64,000 bases of DNA from positions 4,992,001 to 5,056,000 of the forward strand of contig OY969763.1 in the NCBI GenBank assembly GCA_963702845.1, written 5' to 3'. Positions 1 to 10,069 of the stretch are shown here, piece after piece (positions within the stretch are counted from its first letter, which is position 1; each line of letters opens with the position of its first letter). The notes below the pieces were generated by a model that saw only the letters and a program-made list of their open reading frames with translations, was not told the origin of the DNA and searched no databases. This stretch comes from an uncultured Verrucomicrobiae bacterium (GTDB lineage Bacteria > Verrucomicrobiota > Verrucomicrobiia > Limisphaerales > Palsa-1400). The position numbers were made by a program, and so were the translations under genes.

Positions 1-316
1 GCTGGGACTTTCCGGCCGCAAAACCAACCGCGCCACCATCGTCGCACTGATGCGCATCGTGTTGTTGCCGACGGCCGCTTTCACTGTTGCAGGAATTTTA
101 ATTGCCATCATGGCTCCAAGTGGCAACCCGAGTTTGATGGGTTTTGGTATTTTCTGGATCGTGCTGTGTATCGTCACGAACCTGGTGTTCATGGCGAGCG
201 CGAACAATCACCTCCGCCAGTTTCGCGACGTCCTTGCCCAGCGGTTCGCAACTAAAGTTGTTGAACAATCTGCGCAGGCGATTAACGCGAAGTCGCAGGT
301 CGCGATCGCCAAATAA
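1..316 (+). CDS. Partial (5'-truncated) membrane protein, C-terminal part; possibly an ABC-2-type permease
   Basis: Frame is open from position 2 to TAA at 316 with two hydrophobic TM-like segments. The family guess is weak. Confidence 0.55.
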   Translation, partial: LGLSGRKTNRATIVALMRIVLLPTAAFTVAGILIAIMAPSGNPSLMGFGIFWIVLCIVTNLVFMASANNHLRQFRDVLAQRFATKVVEQSAQAINAKSQVAIAK

Positions 317-2344
317 CTAGTTCGTGGCGCTCCGCATTGCGGCGAACAGGCTCTTGCCCGATTCGACGGTAACGGGTGTCTTCGATTTTTCGTCGCCGTG
401 TTCCACCAGGTCTTCCGGGAGTTCCTGGAGGAACGGGGACGGATGGCATGGCAATGCCTGGCCATATTTTTTGCGGGCCTGACAGTGACTCAGCGTCAGA
501 GTTTGCATCGCGCGAGTCATGCCGACGTAAAATAGCCGGCGTTCTTCGTCCAAAGTATCTTCAATTTTCGAGCGCGAGTGCGGCAGGAGTCCATCTTCCA
601 TACCGACGATGAACACATGGGGAAATTCCAAGCCTTTGCAACTGTGCATCGTGATGAGCGTCACCGCATCACCTGTTTCTTTTTCCTCCTCGCGATCTGA
701 GTCGAGGGTGATGTCGTCGAGAAATTCTCCCAACCGTTTCGCGGGCGTCGGGGCTTCGTCCGTCCTGTTGAGCGACAAAATCAACTCCTTCAAGTTTTGC
801 ACACGGGAATCGGCAGCTTCAGGGGTTTTTTCACCGCGACGGATGTCACTGATGTAACCGATCTCATCGATGAAGCTGTCCGCCCATGATTGCAGGGAGA
901 TCGACTGTTCCTCGATCAACGGGGCTTGTGTTCGTTCGATAAATTCGGTGAAGGCGCGAATGGAGTCAGCGGTTCTGGTTTGAAATGTCGCGAGCACTGC
1001 GTCGTTTTTCATGGCGCAGTAAACGGGGCAATGATGCTCCTGGCTCGCAGCCAGCAGCCGCTCCATCGTCACGTCGCTCAGGCCACGCGCCGGGGTGTTG
1101 GCGACCCGTAGCAAACTCACGTCGTCGTTCGGGTTGATGAACATTTTGATGTAGGCCAAAAAATCTTTGATTTCGCGACGATCGAAATAGCTTTGGCCGC
1201 CGATGAGATGATAGCGAATGCCGGATTGGCGCAACGCGGTTTCCAAAACGCGCGACTGCTGGTTCGTACGGAAAAGAATGGCATGCGAGCCCCACGGGAC
1301 CTTGTGAGCGAGGCGGTTGAATTCGATTTGTTCGGCAGTGCGTTTGGATTCTTCTTCATCCTCCATGTAGGTTTGGAGGACGATTTTCTTACCGACACCG
1401 TTTTGCGACCAGAGTTGTTTCGGGCGACGGCGCGCGTTGTTTTTGATGACGGCGTTGGCGGCGTTGAGGATGGTTGTTGTCGAACGATAGTTTTGCTCGA
1501 GTTTGACGATTTTTACTTTCGGAAAATACCGCTCGAGTTCCAGCAGGTTGGCGATTTCCGCGCCGCGCCAACCGTAAATACTTTGGTCGTCGTCGCCGAC
1601 AACGCAGAGGTTCTGGTGTTCGCACGTCAGTAAATGGACCAACTTGAACTGAGCGGCGTTGGTGTCCTGATATTCGTCGACCATGACGTATTTGTATTTC
1701 GTGCGGCAGACGTCGAGAGCATCGGGATGCTCCTTGAAGAGGCGCAACGTGAGCAAAATCAGGTCGTCAAAATCAACTGCGTTGCAGGCGTGGAGAGCGC
1801 TTTCGTAGCGCTTACGGACATGTTCGGCGAGAGCGGCCACGTTTGGGTCGGAGAACGCTTTAGAATTTTCGCCGGCGTTTTTATATTTGCTCAGCAGCGC
1901 GAGCACATCCCCGGGATCGGCCTTGTTTGATTTGTCGTTGATGTGGCTAAGGATTTTCTTAATCGCCCCGAGTTGTTCCGATTCGCTGTAAATGACGAAA
2001 TTACGTTTATATCCAAGCTTATCGATGTGCTGGCGCAAAATGCGCACGCACAAGGAGTGAAAGGTGCAGATAGTCGGGCGTGGCGGTTTCTCGCCGTTCT
2101 CGGTTTTACGCCTAACCGGACCAATAGTCTTGGTCACACGTTCCCGCATTTCGCGCGCGGCTTTGTTGGTGAAAGTAACAGCCAGGACGTTTCCCGGGTT
2201 AACTCCCTTTTCAATCAAGTGCGCGATTCGAAAAGTGATGACGCGCGTCTTGCCCGTGCCCGCGCCAGCCAGGATCAAAACCGGACCTTCCGTGGTCTGA
2301 ACAGCAGTACGTTGAGGCGGATTAAGCGCGGACAAATTTAGCAC
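317..2344 (-). CDS. SF1 ATP-dependent DNA helicase, UvrD/Rep/PcrA family (no obvious C-terminal Tudor extension, Rep-like)
   Basis: AGAGTGKT Walker A, TFTNKAA, TFHS, VDEYQDTN, GDDDQSIYGWRGA, EQNYRS, TMHSCKGLEF, EERRLFYVGMTRA. Confidence 0.96.
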   Translation of the reverse strand: MLNLSALNPPQRTAVQTTEGPVLILAGAGTGKTRVITFRIAHLIEKGVNPGNVLAVTFTNKAAREMRERVTKTIGPVRRKTENGEKPPRPTICTFHSLCVRILRQHIDKLGYKRNFVIYSESEQLGAIKKILSHINDKSNKADPGDVLALLSKYKNAGENSKAFSDPNVAALAEHVRKRYESALHACNAVDFDDLILLTLRLFKEHPDALDVCRTKYKYVMVDEYQDTNAAQFKLVHLLTCEHQNLCVVGDDDQSIYGWRGAEIANLLELERYFPKVKIVKLEQNYRSTTTILNAANAVIKNNARRRPKQLWSQNGVGKKIVLQTYMEDEEESKRTAEQIEFNRLAHKVPWGSHAILFRTNQQSRVLETALRQSGIRYHLIGGQSYFDRREIKDFLAYIKMFINPNDDVSLLRVANTPARGLSDVTMERLLAASQEHHCPVYCAMKNDAVLATFQTRTADSIRAFTEFIERTQAPLIEEQSISLQSWADSFIDEIGYISDIRRGEKTPEAADSRVQNLKELILSLNRTDEAPTPAKRLGEFLDDITLDSDREEEKETGDAVTLITMHSCKGLEFPHVFIVGMEDGLLPHSRSKIEDTLDEERRLFYVGMTRAMQTLTLSHCQARKKYGQALPCHPSPFLQELPEDLVEHGDEKSKTPVTVESGKSLFAAMRSATN

Positions 2345-2449
2345 GACGGCGGATTTTAGGGATGCGCCGCGGACGTTGCTAGAGAATTACCGTTCGTCCG
2401 GAAACTTTTCTGATTTACAGATCAGAAAACTTTTGTTTCTCGCGACGGT

Positions 2450-3517
2450 TTACATCGCGGCACTGGCCGCGCCAACCGCCACCGCCAGTTGCGATGACAT
2501 TTGTTCCAACTCGGTAGCCTGCTCCGGCGGGAGTCCTTCGACCTGCAACTCGCGCGCAGGATTCCACGTTTCGCAGCTAATCATCATCTCCGTCTGGAGC
2601 TGGTCGCGGATGTAATCAGAACGTGCCGCGCCGCCAGAGAGATAAACCTTTTCCACATGCTGATCATGTTGGTGCTCGAAGAAGTCGACCGAAGCGCGCA
2701 GTTCGCGCCCGAGTGGCGCCACCAGCGGTTGCAGGTGGTCCTCGACTTCCGTCGGCATACCGACCTTGATCCCCTCGGCTTCGGCGTAACTAATGCCCAT
2801 CGACTCAGAGAGCCCGGACGTCAGCTTGTCGCCGCCGATTTCAACGACGCGGCTTAAAAGCAAATTGCCTTTGGAAACAATGTTAATTGTCGAATGTTTG
2901 AAACCCAGATCAACCAGGGCGAAGACTTTCGTCTCAAAAATGTCAGGGTGCACAAACTCAAACGCGTTGACCGGCCCAACGATCGTCAAAGCCACTTCAT
3001 CAGGAATAAACCCAGCCGTCTTGACGGCAGTTTGGAGATCATTGATGAGACTGGTCTTCGCACCGCCGGTCCATACTTTGAATTTTTGAACTGAGCCTTT
3101 TACGCTCTCGGTTTTCTTTTTCGGGTCATTCGGAACGATGTAACAGTCAAACGTGTGATCGGAGAGATCGTGTTGCAGATAGGCTTTGCTGTTCAATTGC
3201 AACATCTGCCGCATTTGGCTGACCGGCAGCAACGGCAGTTCAATGCCGCGCAAAATGGAATCGTGCGCACTGATCGAGAGGGTCATCTGCCGGGTTTTTG
3301 GCTCGAGCGACTGCGCCACCTCGCGCAAGTGTTCTGCCAACATCGTCGCCGAAAATCCATGTTCGTATACCGGCGCCTCTTTAATCGCGTAGCGCGCCAA
3401 TCTGAAGCCGTTGCCGCTTCTCTGCAGCAGCACGGCTTTTGTCGTGCGCCCGCCGAGATCGATCGAAAGGACCTGGTCGCGCTTCTTCTGGCCCACTAGA
3501 GGGAAGTTGAAATTCAT
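2450..3517 (-). CDS. pilM: Type IV pilus assembly ATPase-fold protein PilM
   Basis: Actin-like motifs SIDLG, ALVDLG, EIGGDKLT, EAEGIK, VYLSGGAA; downstream of prepilin genes. Confidence 0.85.
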   Translation of the reverse strand: MNFNFPLVGQKKRDQVLSIDLGGRTTKAVLLQRSGNGFRLARYAIKEAPVYEHGFSATMLAEHLREVAQSLEPKTRQMTLSISAHDSILRGIELPLLPVSQMRQMLQLNSKAYLQHDLSDHTFDCYIVPNDPKKKTESVKGSVQKFKVWTGGAKTSLINDLQTAVKTAGFIPDEVALTIVGPVNAFEFVHPDIFETKVFALVDLGFKHSTINIVSKGNLLLSRVVEIGGDKLTSGLSESMGISYAEAEGIKVGMPTEVEDHLQPLVAPLGRELRASVDFFEHQHDQHVEKVYLSGGAARSDYIRDQLQTEMMISCETWNPARELQVEGLPPEQATELEQMSSQLAVAVGAASAAM

Positions 3518-3565
3518 GGGGATGTCTTCTTGATAGTTCTCGTCTGTGACAAATTAACAACGTTG

Positions 3566-5773
3566 TTACTCTGATACAGTGGTGTAGCGTTGTGTCAGTG
3601 GAATTTCGTTCCAGGTTCTAATGGCGAAGGCAGCGGTCGGACCGGTCTTCCTGAGCTCTTCGTCGTAATGGAAGTGGAAGTGACCATTGAGAGTCGCTGA
3701 ATTTACGACGGCCGCGCCAATGAAGTCGGTCGTGTTGTTACCGCCGCCATTTAACGAAAAGTCCGCCTCTGGGGCATATATAGAGCCAGTGAATCCCGCG
3801 TTGCCGGAGAGTGAGATGCTGGTGTTACCAGGCAGACCATAATACATGAAGCTCGTTGCAAGGCCATCCTGGTTCCACACGCCATTTCCTGAAAGTTTGA
3901 CGCTCGGCGCTGAAGTGTAGAGCTTGAGAGTGGCGCCAGGGGCGATCGTGATGGAGGAGGTGTTGATGTCGTCGGTGACATACAGGACAGCATTACCAGT
4001 TACCAGGACGTCTCCGCTGAGAGTGCCAATCTCGTAATTGCCGTTGCCGAGCAGAAAATCATAGGAGCTCGCGGTTGGAGCTGTGGTTGTTGTCGTATAG
4101 ATATAATAGGTGTAACTGACGATTTGTGCCCAGGTCCAACCGGTGATCAGGCTGTAGGTGTAGCTGGCAATCCCTTCATAAGTGTAACCAGAAACCTGGT
4201 TATAGGTATAACTGGTGATCTGGCTGGAAGTATAACCGGTGATCTTGCTGTATGAGTAGCCTGAGATGGGATACCAGTTCCACGCAGAACTGTTATTATT
4301 ACCATTACCGCCCTGCCAAGGGGGGGTCGAAGGGCAGTAGGTCCCGACGGCAGGACGATTTTTATCCGAAGCAACCGAAGTGCTACAATTGGTCGTCACA
4401 CTGCCCAGGTAAGATCCAGCACCCGGGTAACCGCCGGAGCTCGCGGGCGTCGTATTAGTTGTCACTGCGCCTAGATAGGTGCCAGCGGATGGGTAACTGC
4501 TAGAGATCGTGGAGGTGGTATTAGTTAACACCAGACCCACATAGGTCCCAGCGGTTGGATAGCTCGAGGAAGTGGTCACAACGGTGTTGGTTACAGGGGT
4601 TCCAATATAGCCGGTAGGAAATGAGGAGCTGCTGAGGTTCGCGGTATTGGTTATGACTGCCCCAACATAGGTTCCGGCGGTGGGAAACGTTGTCGTTGTT
4701 GTAGTCGTTGTATTTTGGTTGGGCGTGCCGAGATAGGTTCCAGCGGAAGGAAAACTGGTAGTCGTAACGGTTACTGTGTTGGTCGTGATGGGGTCCATCC
4801 CAGCCGGCCAGGTCGTCACTGTATTTGTGACTATCGCCGCGTTCCGAGCAGCATTTGTCGATATACCAGGACCAGGCGTCAAATAACCACCGGTAAATGG
4901 CACTTGCACGTCCGGAAGATAGACGTTCATGTCATCGGAGAAATAGCCGGGCTCGATGCCGCTGTGCGACTGCTGCCAGGCAAGGTCACCGACTGCACCA
5001 TTAGGTCCGAGGGCTATGCTTCCGCCCGGTCCAGTTTCAGCGTGTCCGTAGATATTCGCATTGCCGAGGTTCACAGAATTGATAAGACCCGAGACAACTG
5101 CGATGTCGCCGTTTGCCTTATTTTTGGTCGGGTCGTACTGACCTCCCGTGCTGTAGGCGGGATCGCTTGAATCGAAGCTGTCGGTTTGAACGCCGTTACC
5201 ATGCATGTCGATGCTGTTTTTTGCCACGAGGCCGTGGGCAAAGATGGCTTGCGATCCGCAGTTGACTTGAACCTTGCGGGCGACATCCGAAGAACCGATC
5301 CCAGTTTGAGTCTGCGTTCCAATCTGCGCAAGAAAGGGAAACGGCGCACCGAAAATAGTGCCAGTCAGACTGGCAAGATGTCCCTGGGACACCACCGCAG
5401 GGTTGGTCCTAGAAAACGGAGCAACTGTAACAATATCAACTGTGTAGCCGGCGCCGTTCGGTAAGGAGGTCGTCTTTTCATATCCTATATCGATGGCATT
5501 CCAGCCTTGGGTGGCCCAGGGGTTGTTGCCGGATTGATGTGTAATATCCGAGTAAGCGCAGTCGTAGTTCAAGTGCGCCATCGCTTCTTCGATGCCCGCC
5601 TCGACAATCGGAATGCTGGCATTCCAATTTTGGGAACGCGCCACGGCCTTGTTCTCCCCATCGGTCAAGTTGAGGAAGGTCAGCAGCGCCAACCCTGCGA
5701 AGCCCAGGATGCAAATCGCAACGATTAGAACATTGGCGCGCTCGCTTTTTCTTTGAGTGATTTTAGTTTTCAT
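3566..5773 (-). CDS. PilX-like minor pilin with large Thr/Ser-rich repeat insertion and Gly/Asn-rich C-terminal beta-rich domain
   Basis: Basic leader + hydrophobic helix lacking E5, 'IVEAGIEEAMAHLN' PilX-N motif, C-terminal 'GSIYAPEADFSLNGGG...FHFHYDE'; third gene of a prepilin trio. Confidence 0.78.
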   Translation of the reverse strand: MKTKITQRKSERANVLIVAICILGFAGLALLTFLNLTDGENKAVARSQNWNASIPIVEAGIEEAMAHLNYDCAYSDITHQSGNNPWATQGWNAIDIGYEKTTSLPNGAGYTVDIVTVAPFSRTNPAVVSQGHLASLTGTIFGAPFPFLAQIGTQTQTGIGSSDVARKVQVNCGSQAIFAHGLVAKNSIDMHGNGVQTDSFDSSDPAYSTGGQYDPTKNKANGDIAVVSGLINSVNLGNANIYGHAETGPGGSIALGPNGAVGDLAWQQSHSGIEPGYFSDDMNVYLPDVQVPFTGGYLTPGPGISTNAARNAAIVTNTVTTWPAGMDPITTNTVTVTTTSFPSAGTYLGTPNQNTTTTTTTTFPTAGTYVGAVITNTANLSSSSFPTGYIGTPVTNTVVTTSSSYPTAGTYVGLVLTNTTSTISSSYPSAGTYLGAVTTNTTPASSGGYPGAGSYLGSVTTNCSTSVASDKNRPAVGTYCPSTPPWQGGNGNNNSSAWNWYPISGYSYSKITGYTSSQITSYTYNQVSGYTYEGIASYTYSLITGWTWAQIVSYTYYIYTTTTTAPTASSYDFLLGNGNYEIGTLSGDVLVTGNAVLYVTDDINTSSITIAPGATLKLYTSAPSVKLSGNGVWNQDGLATSFMYYGLPGNTSISLSGNAGFTGSIYAPEADFSLNGGGNNTTDFIGAAVVNSATLNGHFHFHYDEELRKTGPTAAFAIRTWNEIPLTQRYTTVSE

Positions 5774-5782
5774 AGCAGTGAA

Positions 5783-6328
5783 TTATTTTTTCCGTATGAC
5801 AATTTTCGCAGTTTGGACGACTTCCGTATTGTAGAGCGCCGACCCGTAAAGGCTGCGTTTACAGGTCCAGGTGACCTGAACGACTTTGCAAAGGGCCGCA
5901 TTGGAGGTAATCGGATATTGGTTGTAGGTGTTGTTACTGGTGTTCCGCTGAAAAAGGTCAAAACGCAAATCAGTGCAATGATCCAGTAACTTGGTGGCAT
6001 TCCCATTCTTCCAGCGCATCAGACTCTGGGCATTGGGATCGTAAATAAATTTTAGGGTTTGATGGTCGGGGGCATCTTCGAAATCGAGTTCCTTTGCGGT
6101 GTTTGCCACAAGACCGAAAGTCTGCCGAATATCCATCGTCATGTGGTCCAAGGCATTTCGGCTTTCATTTTCCAGATCGGCATAGTTCGCCACCGCGGCG
6201 AAGCTGCGCATCGTGAACAGCGAAATTGAGGCGAGCGTCGTCAGAACTACCGCTCCAATGCCCGTAGCCACGAGCATTTCAACCAGGGTCATGCCAGAGA
6301 AGGTGCGCTTTTTGAGCTTAATAAACAT
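5783..6328 (-). CDS. Prepilin-type N-methylation domain protein (PilW-like)
   Basis: Class III signal KKRTFSG|MTLVEMLVA followed by a hydrophobic helix. Confidence 0.88.
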   Translation of the reverse strand: MFIKLKKRTFSGMTLVEMLVATGIGAVVLTTLASISLFTMRSFAAVANYADLENESRNALDHMTMDIRQTFGLVANTAKELDFEDAPDHQTLKFIYDPNAQSLMRWKNGNATKLLDHCTDLRFDLFQRNTSNNTYNQYPITSNAALCKVVQVTWTCKRSLYGSALYNTEVVQTAKIVIRKK

Positions 6329-6794
6329 ATTGTTGTAAGCCCTGACGAGCCACGAGGGTTTGCATCGTGCGGGTGCGCTGCACGCCGGAGGAGGTCCAGT
6401 TCAAGGTCACCGTCACCAGCTTCAAATCGGACGAATAGCTGGTACCCAATGGCGAATTCACGATGGTCATGGTGCCGTTGTAGGTCACACCAATAGCCGT
6501 GCCAGAAGTGTCAACCGAATAATTCTCGGTGAAATTGGTCGGGATAACGAACCCGTTGGCACCGTTGATCTGGTCCCACGTGTAAAGGCGGATGGTTTCG
6601 AACTTTTCGAGAATAAGCTGAGTCGCGCGCAGATTCTCACGGGTAACCTGAGTCACGCTCATGCCGTAAGTAATTCCTGTATACAGACTTAAGGTCCCTA
6701 AAAGAACCAAAACGGAAGCAACAAACGTCTCCAGCAGCGTGAACGCGTGGCTGCCGCAGCGTTTCGAAGTCGTTAATGCTAAGCGTAATTTCAT
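6318..6794 (-). CDS. Prepilin-type N-methylation domain protein (PilV-like)
   Basis: Start taken at ATG 6794 (MKLRL); HA|FTLLETFVA class III signal; RENLRATQ motif. Confidence 0.85.
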   Translation of the reverse strand: MKLRLALTTSKRCGSHAFTLLETFVASVLVLLGTLSLYTGITYGMSVTQVTRENLRATQLILEKFETIRLYTWDQINGANGFVIPTNFTENYSVDTSGTAIGVTYNGTMTIVNSPLGTSYSSDLKLVTVTLNWTSSGVQRTRTMQTLVARQGLQQYVY

Positions 6795-6967
6795 CTGTTT
6801 TTGCCGAGCGTTGTCAATTCTCGTCGGATTCTTACTAGCATTAGCCTTGCCATCATCAAATTGGCGAAAATAGGGCGTTGTCGTTGACAGAGAGCGCCGT
6901 AGACAGCAAAGCCAGGGCAGTTTGTCTTGGACGCAACACAAACCCGCAGGCATGATATTAGAAGAGG

Positions 6968-9900
6968 ATGCCAGCCAACGGCCAACAAGTGATGTTACCG
7001 GAGCAATTGCGCCTGCAGTTTGCATCCGTGGAACGCAGGCTTTGGCGCGTCGAAACAGCCGTCGCGGTCTGTTCTGTCGTCGCGGCGCTGGTGATTTCGT
7101 GGTTGATGCTCTTTGTTTCCGATCGCATTTGGCCCACGCCGGTCTGGTTGCGCGCCCTGTTATTCGGTATCGGTCTGGCGGTGGGTGCCGTCGCGGTGCT
7201 GCGTTGGATGGATCGTTGGGTCTGGCACAAACGCGACCAGCGTGAACTGGCGATGTTGGTGCAAAAGAAATACCGCAAACTCGGCGATCGCTTGTTGGGT
7301 ATCGTGGAACTTGCCGGTGAACACCAGCATTCCGCTAATTTTTCCCCTGCCCTGTATCGCGCCGCGATTGAGCAAGTGGCTAACGAGGCGGTCGGTTATA
7401 ATTTTCCGGCCAGCGTCAGTTCGCAGGCAGCGCGCAAATTTTCCACAATCGCGGCGGCGGCGATCATTTGTTTAATGCTCGCGTGTGTGGCGTTGCCGCT
7501 GGCGAGTTGGAATTCGATGCTTCGTTGGGTTCTGCCCGCGGCCAATATTCCGCGTTATACGCTGGTGACGCTTGAAGGGTTCCCCGCGGAAATCATCGTT
7601 CCGCACGGTGAACCGTTCGCGCTGTCTGGTCACGTGAATTACCGTTCGTTCTGGAAACCGCATAATATTTTCGGATTGATCGGCACCCAACCGAAGATCG
7701 CGGGTTCGTCACGATCAGGCAGCGTGCAATTGCAGGTGCCGGCCCAGGTGGAGAATGGCGTGTTGGTTGTCCGCGCGGGCGACGCAGAAACGCGCGTCAA
7801 GATTTTGCCGAGCTTACGTCCCGCGATTAAAGACCTGAGTGCATCCATCCAACTGCCATCATACCTTCGTTACGAACCGCAAACGCAAAAGCTCAATAGC
7901 GGTGCGTTACTCGTGCTCGAAGGAAGCCGTGCCGCGTTCGCGGGCAGTATGACTCGTCCGCTCATCGAAGCGAACATGAGCAGTGAACCGGGCTCAGCTA
8001 TTCCATTGAAATTGAAGGACGAAAATTTTTCCACCGAGCCAACTCCGGTCGATGGTGTTTCGCACTTCACGATGACGTGGAAGGATAATTTAGGGCTCAC
8101 CAATGCAGCGCCGTTGCGGCTCTCGGTCCAGACGCAAAAAGATTCCCCACCGATGCCCGAGTTACCGGATTTACCGCGCGATTGCGCCATGCTCGCCAGC
8201 GACGTTCTCACGATTAAACTCGAAGCACGCGACGACTTCGGGGTGCGCGACATCGGTTTGGTATGGGATTTCGCGTCCGATAACCCAGGCTCGCAAAGCG
8301 CCGTTACGGAAACAAAAGTCCAAACCGAATCGCCGCACGAAAAGAAAACTGAGCACGAGTTTAAGTGGAGCCCGTCGCTTTGTCGCATCCCGCCTGATTC
8401 GGTTGTGGAACTCCAGGGCTATGCGCGCGATTACTATCCTGAACGCGAACGCGTTCGTACTCCGCCGTATCGCATTCGTGTTTTAAGTCCCGAACAACAT
8501 GCGGAAATGTTGCGCCAACGTCTGGAAGCCTTGATGTCCAGCTCCGAAGAAGTCACACGTGCCCAGGAAAAAGTCGTCGCGAACGCACGCGACGCGAAAG
8601 AAAACGCCAAGCTCAACGAACAACAACAAAACGCGCGCCTCGGCCAAACCAAGGACGACCAAAACCGCAACGCAAACGATTTGCAAAATCTCGCCAAAGC
8701 GGGCGAACGTGTTCTGCAGGAAGCGATGAAGAACCCGATCTTCAAGGAAGACACGGTGCAAAAATGGAGCAAGACGTTGCAGCAATGGCAGGATCTCGCG
8801 AAACAAAAAATGGGCGATGCCGCCAAGTCGATGCAATCAGCCCAGCAAAGTTCGAAGAACTCCGACGCGCGCCAACAAGAGATGGCCAAGGCTGTGCAAA
8901 AAGCGCAGGAAGCGCTCGAAGCTTTGCAAAAGATGCAGCAGAAGGCCTCAGAAAATCTCGATCAGTTGCAGGCCTTAACGCTCGCTGAGCGCCTTCGCCG
9001 GGCCGGCGCACGAGAAACTGAAATCAGCGGTGACCTGCAAAAGAACGCGCAGGAAACCGTTGGGCTGTTGCCGAGCGAGTTGCCTGACAAATTGAAACAG
9101 CAGGACGCAACTTTGGCGAACGGCCAACAAGCGGTGCAACAGGAAGCCAGCAAGCTGCAATCGGAGATCAGCCGTTTTTCCGAGCGCACCAGCAAAGTGA
9201 ATTATCTCGAGGTAAGCAAGGCCATGAAAGAATCGCGCACCTCCGACGAACTCGATCGTCTCGGCGGCGAAATTCGCGACAACATCGTTCTGCAATCCTC
9301 CACCGACTTGGGCGAGTGGTCGAAACGTTTTGACGATTGGGCTAAAAAGCTCGAGCCGGAAAAAGATTCTCAAGGCGGCGACGGCAAAGGCAGCGGGCAA
9401 TCCAAGAAAAACGACATGACAAAAACGCTGGTCGCACTCCTTCGGCTGCGCGAAGGGGAACTTACCTTGCGCGATCAAACCAGTTTGCTCGACGGCAATC
9501 GTGGCACTGAAAACGATTACAAAAGCGCCGCCAAGGACCTCGCCGCGAAACAAAAAGAAATCGCCGATAAACTCGACGCTCTGGAAAAGGACAACAGCAT
9601 TCCCTCGTTGATGAAGCCGTTTGTCGAAACTTATGACTCGCTCGCTGAAGCGCAGGGGCTCCTGGACAAACCGCAAACCGACAAAACCACCGACGACGCC
9701 CAGGTCAAATCCGTTGACCTCATGACCGACTTGATCAACTTGATCAATGAACAGGCGAAACGTCCGCCACCGCAATCGCAACCGCAGCAATCCGAGCAAC
9801 AATCCAGCGCGGAAGATATGGCTTTCCTCATGCAGATGATGAAAAACGCGCGCGAAAGCCAGAGCAAGCCGATGCAGAATTCCGGCGGTGGTAACACTAG

Positions 9901-10069
9901 CGGCGGCAGTGCCAATCGTGCCGGTGGCCCGATCAACGGCAATGTTCAAGGCAAAGGTGCCGCTGCGAGAAACGTTGGCAAAGCGAGCAGCGTCATTGAA
10001 AATGCGCCGGCAGAGTTCCGCGACGCGTTAGAAAATTATTATCGTGGCATCGAACAGAACACTCACTAG
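6968..10069 (+). CDS. Large membrane-anchored coiled-coil protein (DUF4175-like)
   Basis: Three N-terminal TM segments, 'LGDRLLGIVEL', Ig-like middle, 'ARDDFGV', Q/K-rich coiled coils, terminal 'PAEFRDALENYY'. Confidence 0.75.
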   Translation: MPANGQQVMLPEQLRLQFASVERRLWRVETAVAVCSVVAALVISWLMLFVSDRIWPTPVWLRALLFGIGLAVGAVAVLRWMDRWVWHKRDQRELAMLVQKKYRKLGDRLLGIVELAGEHQHSANFSPALYRAAIEQVANEAVGYNFPASVSSQAARKFSTIAAAAIICLMLACVALPLASWNSMLRWVLPAANIPRYTLVTLEGFPAEIIVPHGEPFALSGHVNYRSFWKPHNIFGLIGTQPKIAGSSRSGSVQLQVPAQVENGVLVVRAGDAETRVKILPSLRPAIKDLSASIQLPSYLRYEPQTQKLNSGALLVLEGSRAAFAGSMTRPLIEANMSSEPGSAIPLKLKDENFSTEPTPVDGVSHFTMTWKDNLGLTNAAPLRLSVQTQKDSPPMPELPDLPRDCAMLASDVLTIKLEARDDFGVRDIGLVWDFASDNPGSQSAVTETKVQTESPHEKKTEHEFKWSPSLCRIPPDSVVELQGYARDYYPERERVRTPPYRIRVLSPEQHAEMLRQRLEALMSSSEEVTRAQEKVVANARDAKENAKLNEQQQNARLGQTKDDQNRNANDLQNLAKAGERVLQEAMKNPIFKEDTVQKWSKTLQQWQDLAKQKMGDAAKSMQSAQQSSKNSDARQQEMAKAVQKAQEALEALQKMQQKASENLDQLQALTLAERLRRAGARETEISGDLQKNAQETVGLLPSELPDKLKQQDATLANGQQAVQQEASKLQSEISRFSERTSKVNYLEVSKAMKESRTSDELDRLGGEIRDNIVLQSSTDLGEWSKRFDDWAKKLEPEKDSQGGDGKGSGQSKKNDMTKTLVALLRLREGELTLRDQTSLLDGNRGTENDYKSAAKDLAAKQKEIADKLDALEKDNSIPSLMKPFVETYDSLAEAQGLLDKPQTDKTTDDAQVKSVDLMTDLINLINEQAKRPPPQSQPQQSEQQSSAEDMAFLMQMMKNARESQSKPMQNSGGGNTSGGSANRAGGPINGNVQGKGAAARNVGKASSVIENAPAEFRDALENYYRGIEQNTH

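Noticed and set aside
4100..4830. CRISPR array or DGR template/variable repeat
   Set aside because: Repeats are in-frame, codon-degenerate protein repeats; no constant DNA repeat, RT or cas genes.
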